From Balanoglossus misakiensis (taxonomy: Eukaryota; Animalia; Hemichordata), in assembly GCA_040954595.2 (NCBI GenBank), contig CM082589.2, positions 2,101,498-2,165,497 on the forward strand: DNA of 64,000 nucleotides. Direction: 5' to 3'. Positions 23,801 through 35,725 of the stretch are shown here, piece after piece. A program made the translations under genes and the position numbers. Under the pieces are notes generated by a model. That model saw only the letters and a list, made by a program, of their open reading frames with translations. It made no database searches and had not been told where the DNA came from. How positions within the stretch are numbered: position 1 is the stretch's first letter; each line of letters starts with the position of its first letter.

Positions 23801-26800
23801 GTTTTCATTATCCACGCGTTCTGGTCAGGATTCCACAAGATTAATGACTCTACTAAAAGCTGTAAATGGATTCTAAGATTACGATTAGCAGAGGGGACTT
23901 TAAAATAAGAAAACAGAAGCTCTTTACTTCGGGGATGCATTTAGATCCCGGTGTCAAAGAGCGTATTTTGAATTATACCCATTTGAGGTATCCTACATTC
24001 TTCTTCCAGGGCATTTACCAGCACGTTCGAACCAGGCAACGCAAGTTTGCCAGTGTTTCAGCGCGTAATTTTCCCCCTGGACATATCAACTATATCTCGA
24101 TGTGCATTGGTTTCTTTTCCCGTATACTCTTCCCTCCCCCAGACCCTGCCCTGTTCTGACCTTTGACTCAGATCCTCCCAAGACGCAGCCTGGCGCGGAT
24201 TGAGCAAACATGCCTTGTAATTGTAGCCGGGCTGGGCATGAGATTCCGACCCAGAAAGTCGGCAGACCGTTAAATAAACAATAATAATCCGACCGTGGAA
24301 AATTTTGATTCCGAATATACTTATAAAACGTTACTATGTTATGACTGTAGCTGAGATGGTACCATGTCCTGAACCGTATACACAAAGGAATTCTCTGTAC
24401 CATTACGTCAAAAATGAAAGCTATATTAGCTTGCATGAAAAGAAGCTTTATGGATAGAATTACCCTTTTCAAATTACAAAGTGTATCTCTAGAAATATGT
24501 GAATATGAACAATATGAAAGAAATGCAGTTTGCAAAATTTCATAAATGTCGTTCTCTACTCGTCAGCATCCAGATATGTAACGTTCGTTTCAGACATTAC
24601 TCATTCCATTGAATGTAACTGTATGCAAGTTTTCTCCTTTTCTGATTCCATGAAACAGACATGGGAGAATTAAATGTACTTTTCTTGTAAGTTTTACATT
24701 TGTAAAAGGGGTTGGAGTGGAGTCAATTGGGAGTACGTCTAAAGGAAGTTATAATTCAAAGAATCTACTTCAGAATTTAATTACAGAAGTCTCAAGTGAT
24801 AGAACTTCAAAACTGTATGTGAAGTGCATTCCCCCTAAATAGGCCTTTACGATTAAAACTTTTGCAACATTGGAGACAAAATTGCTTGTCCTCAGCACTC
24901 AAAAGAATTAACACTGTCACTGAGTGGGGAGGCAGACCGCATCGAATCGACGAAATCATGCGTGACAGTTAATGAAGCAATGCCTCTGGTTTATAATTTT
25001 TGCAATTGCTATGACGAAATTCAGTAGAAATGAAATTTCTCTTGGACTAGGTTCCTATTCGTTTGTATTGATAGTAGCAAAGCTAGAGTACTAAAACACA
25101 GCCTTCACATGTACATAAGGGAACATCCTTCGTGAAAAGTCTAATTACCAGTCAGATTATCGTGGCAAATTATTAAACAGTAAATATGCATCACGCAAGA
25201 AGACAACGTGGCTACATAAACTTATCACACATGCTTAATATCTCTCGGGACCACAAATTCTTTGCTGGTAATGTCGTTTTCCCAGTGGACGCTTGAATTT
25301 AATTAACGATTGAAATGCAATAACCGGAGTAGAAATACTTTGGTGACTTTTCTCTTGAAGTCGTGATAAAACGTGCAGAGAATGATTACAAAATATAATG
25401 CATGACGTGTTACGGTAACAATTGTGATGAGTTGATCAAACTGTGCATCTTTCTTTGGGATAAACGTTTTAAATTAAAAACATTGGGTTAATGGAGCTCA
25501 AGCCATAAAATAGTCTCGCCACAAATTCCGGCGAATAAGAGTAATAAGCATTGACAGTCATGATGCTAAAATGCAAACAGTAGCTATTAATTTGCCACCA
25601 ACTTTGAAAGTTTTGTTCTACTGACGTATATGTCCAACTGAAGTCGCGAGGGAGAAGGGTCCCCAGCTCTGACATAAAAGCACCACACACGTGTATGTAC
25701 TTCTGTGTAATAAATTTATATGCACAGAATAACGATTTATCTTAGTCATTCTACGCATTCAAATTTTGCATAGTAGCACATTACTACACGTAATATGTCA
25801 GGATCAATACTCGAGAGAATAATGGTTCTGGCAAATGTGGCCTGAGTCTGAATACATGGAATGCTTCTGGTGTTCTTTGAAGGGGAGGGTTGTCTGAACT
25901 GCCCGTGTGCGACTTTTCTGTTTATGTTAAACATTTCGTCGGCAGCACTGTTCTAACAAATGATTCAACTTTCAAACAGTGGAGCTATGATGTCTTTCTA
26001 ACCCAGTTTGATGTCTTCGAAAATGTTGGATGTAGTGATAAAACTGTACAGATTTTTCGTCACAAGAGCGCTTGACTAGCCGACTGCTTCTTTCTGATAA
26101 AACATCACGAATGTGACCTTTGACTCCACTCTCCAATGAACAAGCCGCTTGGTGTGATGTCTATTTGTTTAAGGCAGAGTAATATGTATTTTGCGAGTGT
26201 AATGAATTGATGCAATATTTTTTTGCTGACATAGCTTTTAGAATCAATTGAGGTGCATGTAATGTTCAAACTTATTTTTAGAAACGACAGTAATAGAAAG
26301 ATGTCACACGTCAATCTACGGTAAACATGATGGCTGAGGCCGAACGTTCATATTCAAGATATAATTTTAGTTCTGGATTGGAATTGTATCGGTCTCGCTC
26401 TCTACTGTCCATGCCACCTGAAAATGTGTCTTTTTATAGAATGCTGTAGTGCTTACGGCTTGCAATAGTTTGACTGTTACGTATAGCACGAAGACTGAGT
26501 GAAGTGCGCTTTGTAAAGGAATAAACAGTAAAACTGGCACTGTTTTGTTCAAGTGAATGGACATTGACTTTGATTGGAAACACCTGCTGATTGAGGTAAT
26601 GGGACCGATAAGGAACTGGGTAAGCGTGGATTATTCAGAGACGCGGCATTGAAACTAGAGACAACTAATCGCACGTTTAAAGGTCGCCCTCATATTGATT
26701 AAAGGTACCTCAGGTGACATTAAACTGGTGCTGATCAAATTTCTATGAAGTTTACATGTGCGCTGCATCTATAGCCTTGGACTTAAGATTTCTATACAAC

Positions 26801-29800
26801 ACCGATTCTCTATGAAAAGTAGAGGTAACCTAATGCACAGCTAGTAGCGTGATTGCTTGCAAGTTCGAATTACAATACGTGACAATAGTGCGATCCTGGC
26901 CGCCCGCCTGAAGTGCTTTCTATATCCCTGTATTGTGAGAATGGCTACTCAATTAACAGAGGTTGTCTGAGCTCGATTTAACCCAGCCCAACCCAGGACA
27001 CTAAAACAGATGGCCCCTAAGCAGTAACTGCAGTATTTTTAACAAAGCAATCTGGTCACAGTCAAAAGCAAAGAGACAAACAGGAAACGCAGTATCAACC
27101 ACAGAACACCCTGAATTCTTTCACAGGAGACGAGAAGTCTCGGCGAAATACGAATCGGAGTGATTTGAAGACAATCCGATCTGTATAGCGGAGCATGGGC
27201 ACTATGGAATAACCGGGGTAATTGAAAAGCTAGGGATACTTATGAATCGCCTGTTAAGCCGTAAATTAACACGTATTAGAAGCAGGGAAGCTGTTGGAAA
27301 TAGAACCAGTCCGTATCGAATGTACCCAGGTCGTTCTACAACACTTTCTAACTTGTGACCCCGGGCAATCATCCCTCATTCTGCAGTTTCACATTAAGAT
27401 GTCGTACGATTCTAGTAAAGCTTAGCTGGCAGAAGATGACCTTGCTATTAATGGCTAGAAAATAATCGTGGTTGTTTGGACTGGTGTGTAATTAAAGTTT
27501 ACAATAGTATCTGAGGAGTGAAGGTTACGAAAACAACTAGCTCCCTTCTACATTGCATTATTACACTCAGGACTTGCAGCACCATCGCAGTGAACTTCCA
27601 TCATTTCACAAACAGAATATTTCAAATCAAAGTCAGGAAGGATACCTGCGTGATGTACGTTTGTGAGTTTCACTTCCCCTCGAAGTGATGGGATTGAAAT
27701 TTGAAGATTTCGTGTGTGAGGCGTTCTCCCGCACTGCGCTTAATAAATGCCAAAAGACATTAAATTATGCATGGTGTAAGATCCACGCTTTTCCATCAAT
27801 ATTGCATTGTGTGCACTGAATGGTATGCTTTAGAAAGCAGGCGTATTAGACATGCGATAGTTCGTTCATGTTGTTGTCAACATTACGAAGTTGGGCTGAC
27901 GGCATCTACAGCAAGTTGTGACCCAGTCAACAATCTCGTCTTACACGTGCATTTAACGATAGGAATAAATAACAAACTTACTGTATCTTTGTTTTTGCTT
28001 TAACCTTGTTGACACGACGACCACGAAGATTGACGGACGTACGCTATCACAGGTTCAAGTTCAGTCGATCCCGTGTCTCCCTGCGGTAGAGATCAGGTGT
28101 AAAGAAGCAGTTAGTCGGTGGGAAGTCGATATCGTTCTGAGTGAGAGAGCACCGAGAGGTCTCCAAGCTTCTTGAGAGTAATTCACCCGATCACGTGACA
28201 GGGCAACTGTCACGTCCTGCGTTTTGAACAACTACTGTCCCACCAAGCGTGGGTGCACTGCCGCTCTGAAGGCGTGTGGCCGGCAGAGATTTTCTTTCAC
28301 GTCGTGTATTACGCACGAAGGAACAAAGCCTACTGCCACGACCTCCGATAACAACCACAAAACCGTTACGTGTCTGGGCAGTCACGCAGCATGGATAGAC
28401 GTTCTGACGAGGTAGTGGTGTGCAGGGCATGGACCATCTTTGCTTGCCATGGTCTCTGTCAGGCTAACGACTCGTGTGAGCGGCCGATGGGCATGTATAT
28501 ACATATTGACGTTTTCGATCATATGTACAAGTAGATACTTTGCCTCGGTACCAATCACGATCATCAACACACGCCAGAAACAAATCAAAGTTGTCAAGGA
28601 CGCGGCATGCTTTTACTTTTGACCCGTAGCTCCACAATAGCCAGGCGGATGTTCAGTCGCCTTGACACCAAAACACCGAATGAATGTGTCTCGTGGAAAT
28701 CAGAGTTGGCCGGAAAGAGGCATTCAGAAGCCGTAACTATTTACGGACCAAGTTCTACCGGCAATCAATCCATTATACAGTAGTATCACATGCTCACAAC
28801 TTTTACAATGGAAAAGATCTATAGACTTCTGCCGTTTAAATATTTTAGAGCTTTCAAACTTTTATAATGACTCAGAAGAGGATACAGCCGCCATATTTGA
28901 TAGATATACCGTCTGTCCACCTGTGAACTGACATGCGCGCTATTTTACCTTCATCCGATTTGCAGGACAAGTTTCCTCAAGGACGTGATTCAGAAGGCAG
29001 TGTACCGACATTCAGGTTTACCCCTTCCGACAAGGCCAGCTGGATTTCTTTGGTTTAACCGGTTCCTACTCTTTCCCAGCCGAACACACAAACGCCCCTG
29101 AGCATGCGCGGCACCTGTACGAGATCGAGTCTCACTTTTTGACAAGACTGTTATCGCCCCAACCTTTCGTTAGAGTCACTCTATTTCCCAACACATTTTT
29201 GCATTCCCGAAATGCAAGTTCGTTCACTATCTGTGCAAGTTTATGTGTACGCGTTTAAAAAACAATTTTTTCCTCGTTTTTATGTAGCACTATACATGGG
29301 AACGAATGCAATTTTTTTTAAATATCAGGGAAGAATAGTCGACTGAAAGCACGGAATATATCATATGAAGCAAGTTAAATGTCATTTGAGGGGTAAGTTC
29401 AATGCAAATAGGGTCTCACATTTTGAGTGAACTATGCTCGGTATGTCGGTAATAAAAGTGCCAAAGTAGCACCATTACCATAAACGCATTTTCATCCAGG
29501 TACACGTTTAACTGTTCTCCCAAGATTCCACACATCGGGAATTCAATGTCAGCTCAAGAAAACGGGTGATAAAATCTGCTAAGTGCCGCAAATTCCCTTC
29601 CAGCGAGTAACTTCCAGCGGGTCCACATTTGTATTAGCCTCACTCGCGGTCCGCACAGCGTGTCTAACGTGTAGTACCATCAGCAACCGGGAAGCCCTGG
29701 TTAAGATTTCAATATTGTCGCCGTAAATTACGATTTTATAGCCGAAATATAGCCCCCTTTACTCATATTTACGATCCCCATAAAGAGAAATTATGAGCTT

Positions 29801-31305
29801 TAGAGCCTCGCCTGTCTACGATAGAGTGGGATGCATTGATGAGTCGTAGTTACCGCCACCTACAAATCATGGGGAATAGAATCAATTTTGTCTAACGTGT
29901 GCAGAGCACGCTGTCCGTTCCCTCGATATGTGATGACGGTTCACTGTGCGCAAATTGGAAAGTTGAGCCCGAAGATTACCAGTGATAAAGTACAACCATC
30001 GTAAATTGAAATATATTTACACCTCAACAAACAGTAAATAACGCTACCACAACGGGAACAGAGATGATGGGGATGGATCGACTGCGGGGGCAAAGGTCAC
30101 GCGAGTCACTCACAGGAACGCTGAGCAGTTTCGCGATCCAGCCACCGTGTGTTAAAGTTGGGCTTACATGTTTACAATGAATATGACTATGAGGATCGAG
30201 GGAAAGTGTACAGGACACGCCTTGACGCTGCCGCAAATGATCGCGGGGAAGGATCCAAAGTAATCAAATAACACGTAAATAGAATTTCGCCCCTGAGTAA
30301 ATGCATGATAGCTTTATCAGAGCTCGAAATTGGGCAAAGATAATTTATAGAAACCATAAAAAACAAGGTGATAAAAGTCAATAACTATCGCGATTTATAT
30401 TCTGTTTGATGACTGTGGCGGGATGATGATGATGATCACGATTACTATGGCGATTGTAGTGGTGAGGTGGCGATAATTTTACGTGATCCAAAATAGACGT
30501 CAGAGAGTACTGATATATTTGTTTAGGATAGCATATATCCATGGAGTAGATTTAATTCACCAGTTTGTTACGTCTTGTCATTCATCAACACGACCTTGCA
30601 ACGGCAAAAGGTCACAGCTGTTGCAAGCCATTATCTAAGTCTGGATGTACCAATTCAAAAGTCGGCAAACTAAGCTCTATCTTGCCCTTTCTCTGTTTAC
30701 CCTCTACCTTTAACTCTGTCTCGTGCCTGCATGCTGTTTGCGCTGACGTGGTCGGTCTTGCGAGTAGTATTTACGAATTTGAGTCACCCCTCCACCATGG
30801 TATTCTAATTACAGATTTTTCATTTATTTCTGATAAATGAAAGCGCATTTTCCATAAAGTTGTCCCACACTGGTACCAGTCACGGCCTATTCTAAACTGA
30901 AAATTAGCTGTATTGTTCGGGTGTGATCAAAAACGTTTCTAATGCTACATTCTACAGAATTACCATGTGCAGGCATACGAAACGTGATCGATAATTTCTT
31001 TACGATATTAAATTGTTCCTTGCATTATCGGACAAATATTATCAGAGTCCAGAATGTCCAATTTCATTGATTAATTTTGATGTTTCGTGGTACTGATTTT
31101 TTCAGGATTAGCAAAGCAGGAGAAAAACTGAGTTTGAGTGTTGTGGGCGGGTAAACAATGCAGTGTATGTATGTGACCACTGAAAAGTAAATGCCGAGTG
31201 AAATAAAGCTTTTCCCTCTTGATAGTGTGCAGGTATATGTAGGGTAGGCTGTCCAACAGATTAAATTGTGACTTGGGTTTAGGGGACGACTCCCGGCAAA
31301 GGATT

Positions 31306-32332
31306 ACTGTGAAGACGAATGAAGTTACTGACTACTACATGTGGAATATTCAACTGTGGAGACGAATGAAGTAACTGACTACTGCATGTGGAATATTCAA
31401 CTGTGGAGACGAATGAAGTTACTGACTACTACATGTGGAATATTCAACTGTGGAGACGAATGAAGTAACTGACTACTACATGTGGAATATTCAACTGTGG
31501 AGACGAATGAAGTAACTGACTACTACATGTGGAATATTCAACTGTGGAGACGAATGAAGTAACTGACCACTACATGTGGAATATTCAACTGTGAAGACGA
31601 ATGAAGCAACTGACCACTACATGTGGAATATTCAACTGTGAAGACGAATGAAGTAACTGACTACTACATGTGGAATATTCAACTGTGGAGACGAATGAAG
31701 TAACTGACTACTACATGTGGAATATTCAACCTACATGTGGAATATTCAACTGTGGAGACGAATGAAGTAACTGACTACTACATGTGGAATATTCAACTGT
31801 GGAGACGAATGAAGTTACTGACTACTACATGTGGAATATTCAACTGTGGAGACGAATGAAGTAACTGACTACTACATGTGGAATATTCAACTGTGGAGAC
31901 GAATGAAGTAACTGACTACTACATGTGGAATATTCAACTGTGGAGACGAATGAAGTAACTGACTACTACATGTGGAATATTCAACTGTGGAGACGAATGA
32001 AGTAACTGACTACTACATGTGGAATATTCAACTGTGGAGACGAATGAAGTAACTGACCACTACATGTGGAATATTCAACTGTGAAGACGAATGAAGCAAC
32101 TGACCACTACATGTGGAATATTCAACTGTGAAGACGAATGAAGTAACTGACTACTACATGTGGAATATTCAACTGTGGAGACGAATGAAGTAACTGACTA
32201 CTACATGTGGAATATTCAACCTACATGTGGAATATTCAACTGTGGAGACGAATGAAGTAACTGACTACTACATGTGGAATATTCAACTGTGGAGACGAAT
32301 GAAGTTACTGACTATTACATGTGGAATATTCA
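31306..32332. repeat. 47-bp minisatellite: 21 full units + 2 truncated 20-bp units, with 490-bp higher-order periodicity
   Basis: Consensus ACTGTGGAGACGAATGAAGTAACTGACTACTACATGTGGAATATTCA; unit starts 31306, 31353, 31400 ... 32286; 21x47+2x20=1027 bp. Confidence 0.97.
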
Positions 32333-35300
32333 CACTGCCGAGTCCATTAATTCGATTCAACCGGATTATTTCGAACGGTCGATGTTCGGTGTTCACCCCG
32401 GGTTGGGATAACACTTGTCTGGTATATGCGCATGTGTGGTTGCTTGCAGGCAAGTTAGGCATCTCGCACGACGTTGCATTTTGCGTCGATAACCGATATT
32501 CTTGAATGACGAGAGTGAAGCAGCGGCTGTTTGTAATCTAGTATAAAGTTACACTATAATGCATCGAGACTCAGTTTTGGTACAGTATCCTCATGATCCA
32601 GTAGGTCTAGCCTTCAAATGACTGGCATGTCCTCTGAGTTGCTATGCAACAGGGATGCAGCATGCAGATTAATTGCGGACAGTTTAACGTCAAAGTAAAC
32701 TTAATGAGTATTGCGCATGTGCGTCGAAACCCTGACCCTCACAACGAATGTAGTTAACTCGCACGCGGGGAACATAGTTCTGAGAGATGATCTGATACCC
32801 AATCTAGTCGATGATCGTCACATGATCTGCGCCAAGTTGAAAAAAAGAAGAACCGAAACTTCGGCCCTGACCTGGTTTCCACGGTTATAATAACGCATGT
32901 ATTTTTAGTAACACCCGCGTCGCCTTATTTTCGACAACGTATTTCCGTGATTCACATTAGATCACGTCACCGATTATTAATTTTCAGAACACGCCGAGTT
33001 CATATCAGCAACATCTTGAAGTCCGATTGACTGTCGTGTAAAATAAATGGAATAATCATGTAAAGTGTGAGTCATATTTGCCTAAATGGCTGTTTCTCAA
33101 TATTTGATGGCAACGATGATTGCTGTATGCATGCTTCATTAAAGCTTGAGTCACTTTAAAGACCCAGGGTCTGTACCCAGGGCAGATACTTTTCTCTGTA
33201 TAACCTCAGAACAACATCACTCCGTTCTGCAATATATTTCACACCAGCGTCGAGCGTGCTGTGTCACGAGATTTCCGTGATTCACGACACAATTTAGCCT
33301 CAGTTAAAGAGTTGGCTAATATTCCCTCAACAGTCAAACTGTTCCACCCGGAGCCATGAAAAGTAGGGCTCGGTAGCTATTCATTTAAATAATGCTGCAC
33401 TAAACAATTTGCTACTATCTGGAGACACGGTGTTCATCCTTTTGATGTGGCTGTTAACTTGTTTAGGTAAGAGATAAAAAATATAGGACCGATCAAAAAC
33501 TCGAGGGAAAATTTGGTAACACAGTCAGAGAACACATGGAGTATAGTGAATATCTTTGCCAGTTGAACATCAGTGTAGCATAGAATCCCGTTGCCGTGAC
33601 ACTCAGTTTAATGCGCACGCGCAAATATAACAACGAAGAGAACATCGAAGCGACGAAGAACGGACACTCTAGACGATCTATTTGGGGAGAATGACCCTAT
33701 ACCTGCAGCGCAACGCATCATTAGAATATTCCTCAAAACCCCTGCGATGACAGGAAGGATACCCCGAATGAAGCAACGACAGGAATACTCTTCTTGAAAA
33801 CCAATCCTCACAGTTCATCTACCTATATATCATTTGACGTGTATACATGTCGTATCGCTTTACATTATTCATGGGTTTGTGTGACATTATGGGGGTTGGA
33901 TGAGTGTAATGGGGTCACTGATCCGAATTAATCACAAGCAAAGTCTCGCCAATTGCCAAATGATGCCCATGAATGAAAATGGCCACATTTGAACAACATG
34001 GCCCGGCCAATCTGACCACACTACAGACACAGACGACAGCAAAACAAGTGGCAATCCCTTAGATGAAAGTCGAACATTCCGAAACGTATTTGGTAGCAAT
34101 TGATGGAATATGACATTACTATAAACTCGGAATATATGCATCCGAACACCGCTGGGAACATTTAACGAATAAATTTCAGAATTAAAGTTACATAAATTTT
34201 ACACGTAACATTCGTGAGGACGCAAGTGTTTCCTCGAGTGACAAATACAGTAGGCCCAGGCGTCTTCGATTTAATTGGCGCGGTCTTTTTCATCGTTAAC
34301 TAAAGCTACTTACAGCGGCACTTATGAAAATGGTGTCATTCATTTTTCTCCACCACTCAAACACACTTGGCGATCAATTATAATCGAATCCCGGTGTTTG
34401 GATTGATATTAATACGAAGTTATTAATGTACAACTTCAATATTTGTGCGACCACTTCAGGCCTCGCGGCGGCTCCCTTTTGATAACGACCTCTAACTTTG
34501 AAATCTCCTCTCACGTGGCCGTGAAACACCAAAGCATATGGAATGCGCCCGAGGCATCTTCAAACATGGATTTGGCTATTATAACTGTACAAAGCTTTCG
34601 ATATTATTCGTCAGAGGAACCCGCCATGAATATGAGAAACACGGCCCCGCCGGGCTGGGACCATTGTTAGGCGATGAATACACTGAAGCGAAGGTGGTAC
34701 ACAATACCAAAGCTAATATGTGCACATCTTGTACGTAGTCTGACGAGATTTTCATACTTGTTTTCTTACATATTATGAATAAATGGTTGCCTGATCAACT
34801 ATACTGTACTATGTATTATAATGAAGTTATTCTCCAGTGCCTGCAGTCGAGTGCATTTATCTTGCAAAACGTCGACTTGTAGCCGATATCTGTATCTTAT
34901 TTTCTTCTTCCAAAATCAGTCTTGATCACAGTTTAAAGAGAGAAGCTGAATTCGAGCGGACGCTTTGTACACTAGAATCATGTGATACATCTTACCTCAC
35001 ACAGATGGCGCATGTACATGTACGGCTGGTAGAGCCGTGATAAATACTTGCACAGGTTAGAGAGTGCACGCGCACGATCAAGGATAGGAACGTACCCACA
35101 GCAGCTGTTATCGTGAACGACAAGGAGAGGAATGCACTCCACAAGGAAGAAACCACGCATCTGACACTTAATTATCACGTAATGTAAATCGGCACTCGTG
35201 ACGTTATATCACGTGACACTCGAGACAGAGCGAAGCTCGTAGAGCCACGCAGGATAACAGTAGAGGATTTCCCATCAGTTCTTGTTTCTCTTAATTAGTC

Positions 35301-35640
35301 TCTCCATCTGTCTATGTGCCTGTCTGCCCGTGTCGCTTTCTGATCTTCTCTGCCTTACTCTTCCACATAAAAACATGTTTTTTTTTGCCAGCGATTACAT
35401 TTCAAACAGACTGAAGGGCGTTAATTATATTCTCCATTACAGAACAAATATTACCTAGTGCACTATTCTTCTGAAAAATCAATATATTTTACCAGTGTGT
35501 TTACAAGTCAGCAAATCAATATCTGTACAATTACACAATCCATCAATATTATGCTTACTTCGCGCAGATTGCTTAATTACGATGCTGTTTTGCATTACAC
35601 GTTCGGTTCAGCTCTCCACGATGCGCGAGAAGAATTCTTC

Positions 35641-35725
35641 ACACTCCAATTATTCTCGGTTTCGTCGCCTGGGGGCATTGAACATGGATCTGCACATCCT
35701 CAGTGTGACGCAATTACTCCATTTG
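35641..35725 (-). mobile_element. Possible highly decayed tRNA-derived SINE head
   Basis: Minus strand carries a B-box-like TGTTCAATGCC (plus GGCATTGAACA, ~35674-35684) in a context resembling reversed tRNA-SINE heads; no convincing A-box or cloverleaf. Confidence 0.25.

Noticed and set aside
24086-24535. 149-aa minus-strand ORF
   Set aside because: Non-ATG start, composition typical of translated AT-rich DNA, no domain motif.
31306-32332. 47-bp array as a CRISPR array or as a coding repeat (ORF 32227..32505)
   Set aside because: Units are head-to-tail with no unique spacers, there are no cas genes, and the context is eukaryotic. The 47-nt unit is not a multiple of 3, so reading cycles into a TGA stop.
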